Below are positions 51,733 to 64,000 of a DNA stretch of 64,000 bases, piece after piece. A program made the translations under genes and the position numbers. The notes under the pieces are model-generated. The model saw nothing but the letters and a program-made list of their open reading frames with translations. It ran no database searches and was not told the origin of the DNA. Positions within the stretch are counted from its first letter, which is position 1, and the number at the start of each line of letters is the position of its first letter. The stretch covers positions 16,004,885 to 16,068,884 of the forward strand of contig NC_068988.1 of the NCBI RefSeq assembly GCF_001194135.2, written 5' to 3'. The stretch is from Octopus bimaculoides. Lineage: Eukaryota.

Positions 51733-54223
51733 TTGTGTATGCATAAATACACATACATACATTCATGCATGCATACATGCATATACTCACTAAGTGAGGA
51801 AATATTAATTGAACCGTTGTATAGATAGACATCACATCAGCGTCTTCATCAGAGTGAGGTTTCTCCGGAGGTAGAAAATCGACTAGAAGAACAATCAAAA
51901 TCGAGCAGGTATGAAAGTAAAATGGCAACCGATAAGAGACGAAACGAATGTATTTAGAAGAAAAGTGGCCGAGTAATTTATAATTTTTCTTTGAAAATGT
52001 TTTTACTGTTGGTTTCGGTGTAGATATTATTATCTTTAACTTAAATGCGCTGTTTGCAGTGTTAGTGCTGTTTATGGTGGCGGAGTTGGTGGTAATATTG
52101 GTATTGCTGATAGATTTGTCTTTTGCATTGTAACGTAGAGTTATCTCCACCTCTCAATTCTGTGTTAGATCGATTTTTTTTTTGTCTCTTTCTTTCCTCC
52201 TTTACGCTTTCTTCCGGTAATAACTTCCTATTATTTATCCTTATCTTCCTCATTGCAGAATATGTGAGAATCATCTAACAAGAGGAAGTGTAATCCTCGA
52301 AGTGCTGTTTTGAAGCCGGGTGATTTCGTTAATGTCCCTGTCATCCTCTTGACTGCTTTCACAGTTACGAAGTATACTAATGCTGTTTTGGTGGATGTAG
52401 GTGCTTCTGTGAGTGTTGTTACTGTCGTTATGCTTGTACACTCTTGCTGTTTTTTTTTAGCAGGTTGTGTCGTTGACAGCAGTAGGTTTTTCTTTATTTA
52501 TCTTCTGCTGTGAGCAGAAAACCGTTAGATGGCTGGTAGTGCCATACATATAATATCTTGTTCTTCGGCTCTCTACAGTTACATATAAACTAGTTTCATA
52601 TGGTTCGAATATGACTTCGATTCTCTTCAAATTTGTTTGTGTTAAGAGCTTCCTATCTATCCCCGATCAGGTCTCCTTGCTTAGCTTACACACTTTACAT
52701 ATTTGGGCCTCTTCCTCAATATCCTCTATTGAAATTGCCAGGAACCAGCAGATGTTCATTTCTAGTGGCACATCAACCACCCTCGCCTTCGCTACTCACA
52801 AGAAAATCAGAAGTGATTTGCTGTAACGTGGTTACAAAGCGAAATTCTGAACCATACAGCCAACCTGTTTAGTATCAGATCAGCTCTGATCTATCAGGTC
52901 TCTGATAAAAGCATTTGAATTCAAGTCGTGAGCATCTACTTTTATTTTATATCAAGAACTATAAAGTCAAATATATGCTTGATTTGAAGGAGATTTGATT
53001 CTATGTATAAATAAGTAACTTGTAAGATAGCTTTGAAAATTTTTTTTATAGGAAACTTATAAAATAGTGAAATAGAAACGGAAACGATAAAAAGAATTTT
53101 CAAACATTTATAAGATAATTCGAAATAAATAAATTGTGAAATAATTCTAAAACATTTAATAGATTCTAGATATTTATAAAATAGAAGTTATAAAACAATG
53201 AAATATGAAGTAAGACATTAACTTTTTCGAAAACGCAAACAAACTTTTAAACATTTGTAACAAAGATTGAAACTGTGCAACGATCAATTGCAAAAGTACA
53301 TTGATTTGCTTTCCATGCTTTTCTTTTAAAACTATAATTGCTATGGCAATAAAATCGTGTAATTCAAGGACAGCAATAGCCAGTGTATTTAGATGGTTGG
53401 GTGGAAATGTTGAAGGAGAGTCAATCTATGTTTAAAAATAGATAGTAAGTTGTGGAGGAGATGATTGCAGTGAATGATGGGTTTAGAGAGTAAGGCATAG
53501 GTTTTGAGAAAAGATGATACTAAAATGGACACTAAAACAAAGCAACATTTTAATTAAAATGTACTAGAATTAGAATTTTAAGATTTTAGTATTATCTTCT
53601 TTAGTATCAATCTGAAAGGTTGTTTAGAGCCCTAATGATGCACTCACAGTTACATACACACATATAAACGCACGCACGCATATACCCACACACACACGCA
53701 CACACCACAGAGACACACATACACCAACACACACACACAGACATAAACACTTAATATTTTGATTCTGCTTCCTGGGGCGTAGGATACACACACTCATGTA
53801 CATACGCATTTGAATGTGTGTATGTGCGTGTATATATACAATATGATCATTATAACAAGGATACAATTTCTGTAAATTTTACACTCTGACCTGGCACGCA
53901 TCACCGTTGTGTTGTAGCAACCAATAGAATATATTATGGCATCAAAGTGGGAGCCTCCGCAAAATCGTTTGACCTGTTGCAAAAAACTAAATCTCTCTCA
54001 GATCAAAATGAAATAGTTTCATTAAAAAAAATCAACGCAATAAGATATTGTATAACGTAGTCTAGGTACATTATGTCTCAAAACATTTCGGGATCATTCC
54101 TGGATCTGAAATGCTTTTGCTCATTGATGTGAGCAATGAGGTGTTTCTTATGTATAAACAACAATGATAATAAATGACGTGGAAAAACCAAATAGGAGAC
54201 TAGAATATAGTAATATCTTCGTA

Positions 54224-54380
54224 CTGAAGGCAGAATCATTAGCACGTCGGATAATATGCTTAGCGGCATTTCGTCTGCCTTTACGTTGTGAGTTCAAATA
54301 CTGCCAAGGTCGGCTTTGCCTTTCATCGCTTATCGACTTTCCTGAACTTGCTGGCGTTGTACTAAAGTTTGAAATCAATA
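54224..54380 (+). mobile_element. SINE family B
   Basis: GGCAGAATCATTAGCACG...GAGTTCAAATACTGCCAAGGTCGGCTTTGCCTTTCATC. Confidence 0.8.
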
Positions 54381-54559
54381 TCTACACACTGCTACACTGT
54401 CTCTTGGTTTAACTGATGCCTATCGCAGAGTAGACCATTTATCAGAGATCTGATAGATCGGAGCCCGTCTATTGCTGGCATATATCTGAAATAATATTTA
54501 TTATTGTAAATGTGCTGGCTGCATCAGAACTGGTCTATGACAAACCAAGAAAATCAGCA

Positions 54560-54920
54560 ACAAACATAAACACGCTATTTATGGCTACCATATTAGTCAC
54601 CAGCCACCAACCAGATGATCCCTCTAGACCCAGGGGTCGGCTTACCAAGATTCCAGTTCTCTCTGGGTCGCACTGCATGCATACAATCAATCAAGTTCTT
54701 GCTTGCTGTTCGTTCTTTGATATTCTCTCTCGACAAACATTTTATACGGCATTTTGATCTATATTCCAAAACATTTCCTAAGAAGATGGTCTTGCACCAT
54801 GAGTAGTAGTGCATAGTGTGTCCAAAATATGATAGCTTTGTGGACTTGATTCTCGACAGTAGATATCTTTGGCCTTCAGCATTTCTAGTACTGCAGCGTT
54901 TGATACCCTAATTTTCCAGC
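54560..54920 (-). pseudogene. RTE-clade LINE ORF2 C-terminal fragment
   Basis: KLSYFGH, KTIFLGNV...RENIKE and a W-containing terminal motif match the RTE/BovB C-terminal pattern. Confidence 0.7.
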
Positions 54921-55254
54921 TTATTCTATACAGACTGTCGAAGTTTCACCATCGTTCTGTACATTGTCTAAGTTTCTGTCTCGTAGGAGTACAAATGGCA
55001 TAGTATAACAGTATACTAGCCTCAATATGGGGCTGAAAATTTTTAACAATCTTGTAAATGTCGTTTTAGCTTTATTTGTTCTTTGAATAAATTCTACACA
55101 GCGATCTTCCTGATTTATCATTTCTTCTAAATAAGGGCGTTGCAGCTAGTTGCAAGCATTGCAGTACAGAAGTAGAAAAAGAAAAAGAAAATATAGAAAG
55201 TTTCTAAAAATGCAGAGAATTTTACAAAAACCTTTATATTTCAGGCGCAAAGCC

Positions 55255-55897
55255 CATCCTCAGAATGTGTATGGAGAGTAGTGTATGAGCTGCACACAAA
55301 CGTACCAGTGTTTCAGACGTTTCCAAGATGGCCGAAAAAATGTCGATATTAACGAACGTTCTGGGAGACCCGCAACCTGCAGAACTGAGAAAAACGCGAA
55401 TGTGCGTGTAGCTGTGAATGAAATCGTCCAATCATCATCCGTGAGTTATCAGAGGATGTGCAGATTAGTTACGGTTCAGTTCAGTCCGTTATCACTAATG
55501 ATTTGGGTGTGAGACGCGTGTCTGCCAAGTTTGTGCCAAAACTGCTTTCAGCTGACCAAAAAGACACTCGGATTACAGTTGCACAAGATCTTCTTGAACG
55601 ATGAAAGCGTTTTCAAAACTTTACGTACGCCTGTGAGCGGACATCGCCAAGCTTTTGGAAAAATTTGGTGCAGATTTTCTGCTCAACTTCCTCTGTGATG
55701 GTTAACGCGACGATCACACGCTACACACCCTTCTTCCAAGCACAGCTGTAAACATCAGAAGTGAGTTAGAACGTTAAAACTTAGTGCAAATGTACACAGA
55801 TGAGTTCAAAGTCAATCTTCGCCAAGCAGTTTCACTCTTCATGCTTTAGCTTCGTTACTATAGCAACAGTCCGGAGACTTATTGATCAGTCCACATG
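55255..55897. mobile_element. Rearranged mariner 5' part (HTH region +, N-terminus and TIR -)
   Basis: Plus strand: QNVYGE..FRRFQDGR..ERSGRP..LGVRRVSAKFVPKLL. Minus strand 55620-55897: TIR plus QKICTKFFQKLG. Confidence 0.8.
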
Positions 55898-55903
55898 TAT
55901 ATA

Positions 55904-56126
55904 GAGGGTGCGACAGAAACATTGTCTCGATTTTAAAGGTTAATAAAAGACAAACACATGAAGATACAAGAAAAAACATTGCATTTCTATGAAGTACATT
56001 AAATGCCGTTGTGATTCACGTGCTTTTCAAAAGTGCATCACTTAAGTCGCGACGGCCAATGTTTTTTTATGTATCATTATGTGTTCGTTTTATTTGAAAT
56101 CGGGGCTACCATTCTGCCGCACCCTG
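55904..56126. mobile_element. Tc1/maT-like MITE
   Basis: TIRs (G)AGGGTGCGACAGAA..CTCGATTTTAAA versus the reverse complement CAGGGTGCGGCAGAA..CCCGATTTCAAA. Confidence 0.65.
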
Positions 56127-57008
56127 ATATATATATATATATATATCTATATATATANNNNNNNNNNNNNNNNNNNNNNNNNNNNNNNNNNNNNNNNNNN
56201 NNNNNNNNNNNNNNNNNNNNNNNNNNNNNNNNNNNNNNNNNNNNNNNNNNNNNNNNNNNNNNNNNNNNNNNNNNNNNNNNNNNNNNNNNNNNNNNNNNNN
56301 NNNNNNNNNNNNNNNNNNNNNNNNNNNNNNNNNNNNNNNNNNNNNNNNNNNNNNNNNNNNNNNNNNNNNNNNNNNNNNNNNNNNNNNNNNNNNNNNNNNN
56401 NNNNNNNNNNNNNNNNNNNNNNNNNNNNNNNNNNNNNNNNNNNNNNNNNNNNNNNNNNNNNNNNNNNNNNNNNNNNNNNNNNNNNNNNNNNNNNNNNNNN
56501 NNNNNNNNNNNNNNNNNNNNNNNNNNNNNNNNNNNNNNNNNNNNNNNNNNNNNNNNNNNNNNNNNNNNNNNNNNNNNNNNNNNNNNNNNNNNNNNNNNNN
56601 NNNNNNNNNNNNNNNNNNNNNNNNNNNNNNNNNNNNNNNNNNNNNNNNNNNNNNNNNNNNNNNNNNNNNNNNNNNNNNNNNNNNNNNNNNNNNNNNNNNN
56701 NNNNNNNNNNNNNNNNNNNNNNNNNNNNNNNNNNNNNNNNNNNNNNNNNNNNNNNNNNNNNNNNNNNNNNNNNNNNNNNNNNNNNNNNNNNNNNNNNNNN
56801 NNNNNNNNNNNNNNNNNNNNNNNNNNNNNNNNNNNNNNNNNNNNNNNNNNNNNNNNNNNNNNNNNNNNNNNNNNNNNNNNNNNNNNNNNNNNNNNNNNNN
56901 NNNNNNNNNNNNNNNNNNNNNNNNNNNNNNNNNNNNNNNNNNNNNNNNNNNNNNNNNNNNNNNNNNNNNNNNNNNNNNNNNNNNNNNNNNNNNNNNNNNN
57001 NNNNNNNN

Positions 57009-57048
<40 letters not shown>

Positions 57049-59911
57049 ACGTTCTAGGTCACTTTCGCTGGTTTACAGGGGGCCAATCACTCGCCATGTT
57101 GGACCACTGAGATCTAAAAGTTTTATTTTCATTCTCTCTCTGTTTATTTTTTCTTATTCCTTTCTGTTGAAACGTTAAAGACTTTTTTTATTTTTCCCGA
57201 GCGTATGTATCTCTGTAATGTTTGCGCGTATCTTTCACCTATGCATATAACGGAGAATACAAACGGCATTAACTAAACTAATGGCCCACAGATATTTGTT
57301 TTGCAGCAATTACTACCACACCCTCGTTATTCTCGATATCAGAAATTCAGTACTTGAATGATTGGTCCCCTGTAAACCTGTAATCTACGACGCTGCTTCT
57401 CACATACTACCATATAAAATAAAGTTCTTGGATAATGTCCCAGACTAAGAGAAATCAATGAAAATATTGTTAATGTAAATATCTATACGAGATGGAAGAA
57501 TAATTTAAGGCTTTCAAGAAATCGAATGTAATGCAATCGATGTTAGCTTTTCCATTGATGATTTGCCATCAACTCCCTCAATAGCATAATTAAATGAATA
57601 GTATAAATCTTCAGACGTATTCAGAAACCAAAATAGGATATTGAAAAAAATCTTCTTTCTTGAAGGTGGCATAAGTGAAGTGAAATCAAGAATCGAAACC
57701 AATCACGGACTAGGTATGTCAGAAGCTAACGTTTTCTCCCTTCTTTCTATGGTGCTGAAAACATTGTGTCTAAATACGAAATAATATTCGTGCTTGTAAG
57801 AGACCCGCTTTGTTATTATTGAATAAGCCATACTTAATGAAGGAAGACATTTTTACATACAAATCCTTAGAGTCGTCAATATAAATATATGAAAAATAGA
57901 ATGAGAGATGAATAAATCCATAGAAAGAAGTGGTTAGAGTTCACGCGTGTAAGGTTTCTTTGTTAGTAAGGTTTTCATGTCCATATATAATTTCTTTCAA
58001 ACTGTTCACCATTATATTCATACCAAGATTAAATCCGAGACCAAACAACAAAGACATATATATATAACACTTACGTGCCATCTTTAGGGAATTAACCTGC
58101 GAGTTGGCAACCATATTGGCTTTGGTTTTCATCTAGCTTTTATGTGTGAAATACTACCATATTGTCGTAAATATAGACTATTTGATCTTGCTTGTCTGCT
58201 TATCTCTCATTGTCACTTTCTGAAAGTTTCCTTCCGGATTTATCGGAAGATTTATATTTGAAATATGCTGTTTCTATGTTTTGCAGTAAAAAAAAATGCC
58301 TTCACAGTTGACTTAACACGGATCCATCACTCAGAAGTTCAATATCAACTACTATGATATCACACAGAACAAACAAAGCAACAGCAGAGAAGAAGAAGAA
58401 AAAAATATTTAGAGTATTCAAAAGAGTTAAAAAAAAAGAAGCCAACAAAATATATTAAGAATACAAAATTTACAACACTATATGCGATATTGCATAATCG
58501 ACGACAATATCAATAACAATAGCAACGAATAAAACGGTTAAAGTAACAAAGTCGAAAGCACCGACAGCTGAGTATTATTGATAACAACAGTGGCACAGGA
58601 ACAACATTGTTAGCGGCTATATAACTGCAACAATAACAATATTGTTGATAATAACGCGGACGCCATCAACAATAGCGAGAATATAAACAACAATAATAAC
58701 AACAACAATATTATCAAGAATAATGACAACATTTAGAAGAATTGTACAAGTCGACAGTTTGTGTAGGAGAATGATTCAACATATGAGTATACACAACTCT
58801 CTTTTTCTTTCTCTGTCTCTTTCTCTCTCTCGCACATACATACATCTATATATACATACACACATATATGATATGCGTGTGCATATGTGTGTGAATATAG
58901 ATATACATACATACATACATACATATATACAAACATACATACACATACATACATATTAAATTTAAAAGTTTCCGTATGAGTAGTAGCAACAATAACCAGA
59001 ATTATAATTATAGATCAATAAATATCAACAATATCAACATGAACAAGCAAACTGTGGGTGACAGCCGGGTATCATGATAGGATACCCGGCTCTTTATCCT
59101 ATATATGTGTATCCATATATATATATCAACAATATATGAGTATATGCATATATATGTACATGTATGTACATACCTTCATCTACATGTACATATAGATACA
59201 TATCTGGGTACATGACGTTGCAAAAGAACATGGACAAAATGATAAACAAGGTACAAAAAAAAAACAAGCAGGCTACTTAGAGAACATATCCTTCATCAGC
59301 TGCCACCATTAAAACACCGGCGTTTCGAAGAGTTAGGNNNNNNNNNNATATATATATATATAATTTATTTATTTATGTTTTATAGATGTATATGTGTGTG
59401 TACACCGATACACCTCTGTGTATATGTATGCATGTACTTACGTAGTTATGTATATATGTATGTATATATTTGTCAAAGAGTAAATAATAGGAACGGCTTC
59501 AACCAGAATCACAAGAAGAGCAGGACATCTTTCCAAACAGATAAATCGGAGAAAGTGTTTTGAACTATCGCTTGAATTTATACTTAGGCGGCAACAACAG
59601 CAGCAGTAGCAACAACAACAACAACAACAACAACAACCTCAGGAAGAACCACGATCAGCTTACAATGGCAAGGAGATAACAACAAAAAAAACACAAAAAT
59701 CACAATAAGAGCAACAGCACAAAATGTAAACAAATATTTTATCAAGGATGAACACGATGACAACGGCGGCGACCAGCACCGCCATCACCTCAACAGACGA
59801 TACCAGTACAGACGCTGGTCACTACTAACGCGCTAACACCCATACCCCCACCTTACCGTAATAAACAACCCTAACACTACCACCAGCACTACTGTCAATG
59901 CCATGACAATG

Positions 59912-59914
<3 letters not shown>

Positions 59915-59983
<69 letters not shown>

Positions 59984-59985
59984 GC
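59915..59985. repeat. (ACT)n microsatellite
   Basis: Direct reading. Confidence 0.95.
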
Positions 59986-60880
59986 TGCTGCCGCAGTTAG
60001 CACCATCATCACCGTCATAAATCGTCCATAGGGAAGAGGTGTACACCTAAAACGAAGTCCAAGATTCATAAGCCATCTTCACATCCAAATGAGCCAGAAC
60101 GTGTTAAAATTGAATGCATACGTTCTATTACATATGTGGCACAAAATTGACGTGTTTGGAAATGGTTGCGTAGTTTAGAAGTTCGTTTAGCGACTCCGTA
60201 GCTCCAGGTCCTATCTCACCGAGAGCAGATCACTGGTTTTCAGCAAACAGTATCAGGTTGTGAGAAGAAATCACTTGGAAGATAGTGTGCGGAGGCACTT
60301 GACACACAAACACGCCCCCCCACACACATACACACATTTATATATATATATATATATATATATNNNNNNNNNNNNNNNNNNNNNNNNNNNNNNNNNNNNN
60401 NNNNNNNNNNNNNNNNNNNNNNNNNNNNNNNNNNNNNNNNNNNNNNNNNNNNNNNNNNNNNNNNNNNNNNNNNNNNNNNNNNNNNNNNNNNNNNNNNNNN
60501 NNNNNNNNNNNNNNNNNNNNNNNNNNNNNNNNNNNNNNNNNNNNNNNNNNNNNNNNNNNNNNNNNNNNNNNNNNNNNNNNNNNNNNNNNNNNNNNNNNNN
60601 NNNNNNNNNNNNNNNNNNNNNNNNNNNNNNNNNNNNNNNNNNNNNNNNNNNNNNNNNNNNNNNNNNNNNNNNNNNNNNNNNNNNNNNNNNNNNNNNNNNN
60701 NNNNNNNNNNNNNNNNNNNNNNNNNNNNNNNNNNNNNNNNNNNNNNNNNNNNNNNNNNNNNNNNNNNNNNNNNNNNNNNNNNNNNNNNNNNNNNNNNNNN
60801 NNNNNNNNNNNNNNNNNNNNNNNNNNNNNNNNNNNNNNNNNNNNNNNNNNNNNNNNNNNNNNNNNNNNNNNNNNNNNNNN

Positions 60881-60949
<69 letters not shown>

Positions 60950-61298
60950 CACTCACATACATACATACACACACACTCTCACGTACACATGCACGCACGC
61001 ACGCACACACACATATTTATACACATGAAATTTGTAGACACAACATGCTGCTAATATCAGTTGTTCATTCCTCACATTTACCTATTGTTGCTATTTGCGT
61101 CCTGTGAATCGTGCGTTCATACTGTATTTTTAATCTTTTCCTCAGCGGAACATACTATTATATTATGTTAACATAGAAGAAATGCATTATATTATTTTCT
61201 GTTTTTGCTGCGTATATCAAGCGTTGATACCACTACGAACAGTAAAAACCACACCAATTTACTATAAGCGGACTGTACAGCATGAAGTCGTACATTTA

Positions 61299-61370
<72 letters not shown>

Positions 61371-61482
61371 GTCAATATTTACACATACATGCACACTCAT
61401 GTATGTATGAATATGTGTGTATGAGTGTGCGTGTGTGCGTGTGTGTATGTGTGTGTGTAGCGTAGAGCCGGGTCCATTTTAT

Positions 61483-61569
61483 ATGCCAAATAAAGGTGTC
61501 CGCTACTGCAACATCTGCAACCGGAGTTTCAAATCCTTGATATGTCTGAATTCCCATATGAGATGACAC
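61483..61569 (+). pseudogene. Isolated C2H2 zinc finger with a nonsense codon
   Basis: MPNKGVRY-CNICNRSFKSLICLNSHMR*H fits C-x2-C-x3-F-x5-L-x2-H-x3-H; TGA at 61564-61566. Confidence 0.7.
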
Positions 61570-61814
61570 GGTAAAACATCGAACTGTATCTCGCTGAACC
61601 AAAGAGACGAGAGTGTTCAAAAACAACAACAACATATACATTCACATGCATTTATATATATTCTGTTTGACGTCTTAGTAACAATGAGTTTCTTCGATTC
61701 TCCTGGTTTTATGAATCTAAAAACTGTGCTCGTATTAATAATTGTTTCAAGTAGATGAGTTCTCTTACGCTGTTTAGAGACTGAAACTAGTTTCTTATCT
61801 CTTGACAGGATATA

Positions 61815-62283
61815 CAGGGTGCTATAGGTAAATTGTTGCCATTTTACATTTTTAACTTCGCGCATGAGCATTGTTTGTTTTGATTTTGTCGACTGCACAG
61901 TATAGTAGGGTTACTTGGATACCATCTGTGAGAAAACAGTGCCATGACGCAAGTCACTATGCTAGAAATTTGGAAACGACATACTGTACTGCTTAGCATT
62001 AAACGCAGGAAGCTCCAATACGAACATTTCAGAACAACCGTTGGCTTGCTGTGTTCCCAGAACATGTAGCGAGAGTTATAAAAATCAAATATCCTATCAT
62101 GGTGTTTGCAGTGATTTTTAGTGGTGACGACGTTATGCTTCCATTCATCTTCCCACACGGCCTCAGAATCAACACGGTGGCCTACATCAAGTGCCTGGAG
62201 GAGGTAATGCTGCCCTGGGTGAAGAGGGTGGCTGCTGGAAGACCCTATGTTTGACAACAAGACTCTACACCATGCTACACAAA
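61815..62283 (+). mobile_element. DD37D (maT/Bmmar1-like) internal-deletion derivative, copy 3
   Basis: TIR CAGGGTGCTATAGGTAAATTGTTGCCATTTT. Peptide IMVFAVIFSGDDVMLPFIFPHGLRINTVAYIKCLEEV. Confidence 0.85.
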
Positions 62284-62620
62284 AAGGAGTTCTTACTCCT
62301 AAAATCTTAGTCTCGTGTATCTTTGTGACAATCTTCTGCCATCTACCTCTTATACTCGCATACCCATAACAAATTCTCTCTTCTCTGACGAACATTAAAA
62401 TGTGTTTATTTACTTTTGCTTCTTGTTTTAAGTTTCCAGTCAGATAGTCTACGGCTTTTATCTTTAATGGACTCCACTAGCTGCGAACATCTGATGTACC
62501 TATTTTGATGTCACCTGGCGTTCATATATGACTTGTCCGATGTACCTTCGCTAATCTAATTTGACATCACTTGTCCTGTTTGCTTGTTTTGTATTTTCGT
62601 CCTGCTCCCTTGGCTGCATA

Positions 62621-62694
62621 AGCAATGAAAGCATTAGCAATGAAAGCATTAGCAATGCAAGCATTAGCAATGAAAGTAATAGCATGAAAGTATT
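62621..62694. repeat. Five copies of the 15-bp unit AGCAATGAAAGCATT
   Basis: Copies start at 62621, 62636, 62651, 62666 and 62681 (the last is degenerate). Confidence 0.9.
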
Positions 62695-63355
62695 AATAAT
62701 CCATCGTTGTACCGTACTTCCTTGCATCTTCTAGTTTTTCTTGCTATTTGTTGTTAGTTGTTTCTTCTTTCATTCCTATCTGTAGTTTCTTCTTTCAGTA
62801 TCCAATTTTTTATTAATACGAAGGCAAGGAAAGGCTCCTTGTGAAAATGGTCAATAGAAACAAATACAAGACCACCAATATTTGATGGCTAAGCAGAAAT
62901 GATGCGATTGGCTCCCAAAAATACTATGATCGTACCCGAATGTTGACTGGCTGTCGAAAATAGTTAGCTTTTGCATCAACGCTGACTCGATGCTCGTAGT
63001 ACTGAGGTCGTACACCAGCACTCACTAACTACTAGCGAGATCTTGTCTCATTTTTTATCAGCTTCTTACTGTGAAGTCACAAATGTACTTCCTCTCACGC
63101 CCAGCAGTTTTATGCACTCTTTCATTCCTTGTCTCTTTAAGTGTAAGGGAAAATATCATTTCTGAAGCAGCATAGGTTAAAAAAATTCAAAACCCCATTT
63201 GAAGAGGATCACAGAAATAAATATTAGAAGGAAAGGAACACAAAACCAACAAAAACTTTTCGCGGCCGTTGTGTGTGTATATGTGTATATAATTATTATA
63301 AGCGTTTCCGTATGCGTGTGCGTGTGTGCGCGTTTCCGTATGTGTGTGTGTGAGT

Positions 63356-63411
<56 letters not shown>

Positions 63412-64000
63412 TTGTGTGGTATATATATGCATCGGTGTCGTGGAGTAAAGAAACTTGCTTGAATGAGCAACTTCCAGTCTACCACATATAAGCATTTTGC
63501 AAGGCATGTGCATACTAGTACAGACATGGTGAACGTCTACAGGCATATTCGCGTGCGCGCACACACACACACACACAAAGACACACACACACACACACGC
63601 ACACACATGCACACACACACACTAAACCGAAATCGAAAATAACTTGTATATTTATTGTGCGCTGTAACATAAAAATCTCTTGGCAACGTCGCCGGTAAAA
63701 GTACAACGAAGTAATGATTGCTCAGTTGGAATCATGTAACCTCGGACGCTTTTGTTCGTTACTTGTGATATAAATTAAAGACGGACGTAAATAAATGACA
63801 TTTTAGAGTACAAAATGTTGCGAAGCAGAAAATGAATTCATAGTCAAGAATAAAATATATTCATTGACCTTTAAATTTCGGGTTCAAATCCAGTATGCGT
63901 TGACGTTGTCCATCACATATTATGGGAGTCGATAAACTAGGAAGTAGTTATACGGTAGCAAATTTAATTGACGGCCTGTTTTTGCCCTACAGATGTTTGG

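Noticed and set aside
6440-51870. Other CTGATGA/CTGAAGA occurrences (6443, ~7085, ~10500, ~20250, ~37590, ~45810, ~51850)
   Set aside because: They lack a correctly spaced GAAA and/or pairing stems, so are not called as hammerheads.
52260-52520. Two overlapping open frames on the minus strand
   Set aside because: The strand is T-poor, which suppresses stop codons; no recognisable motif or splice signals.
9515-61054. Long track ORFs containing X runs (e.g. 33926-34858, 56033-57110, 60240-61054)
   Set aside because: They are artefacts of N gaps and flanking dinucleotide repeats.
16566-63706. ORFs of [12 protein letters not shown], poly-I/N/V/T/S and ERER type
   Set aside because: These are translations of microsatellites and low-complexity tracts that lack stop codons.

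Overview
AT-rich, microsatellite-dense eukaryotic scaffold with many N gaps. It looks like animal non-coding (intronic or intergenic) DNA, and the SINE families resemble ones I recall from Octopus (inference, unverified). I could not recognise any host protein-coding gene; there are only a few weak exon candidates. The window is a patchwork of mobile DNA: (1) at least four tRNA-derived SINE families that swap modules; (2) decayed Tc1/mariner elements (DD34D mariners, a Tc1, three DD37D/maT deletion derivatives) and several MITEs; (3) R4/Dong-like and RTE LINE fragments; (4) Penelope-like elements (PLEs), one with near-intact RT-thumb and GIY-YIG coding sequence. The most interesting signal is a set of minimal type I hammerhead-ribozyme motifs read directly from the sequence: 24195-24237 in the Penelope 3' repeat; a stand-alone one at 18376-18426; a three-copy family at 40226-40262 and 44033-44147; plus decayed relics. 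Two families carry the compensatory U3-A8 core variant and have palindromic stem III sequences that would require dimerisation. Hammerheads in PLEs are a known phenomenon; whether these families and variants are undescribed needs a database check. All folds were worked out by hand and none has been tested.
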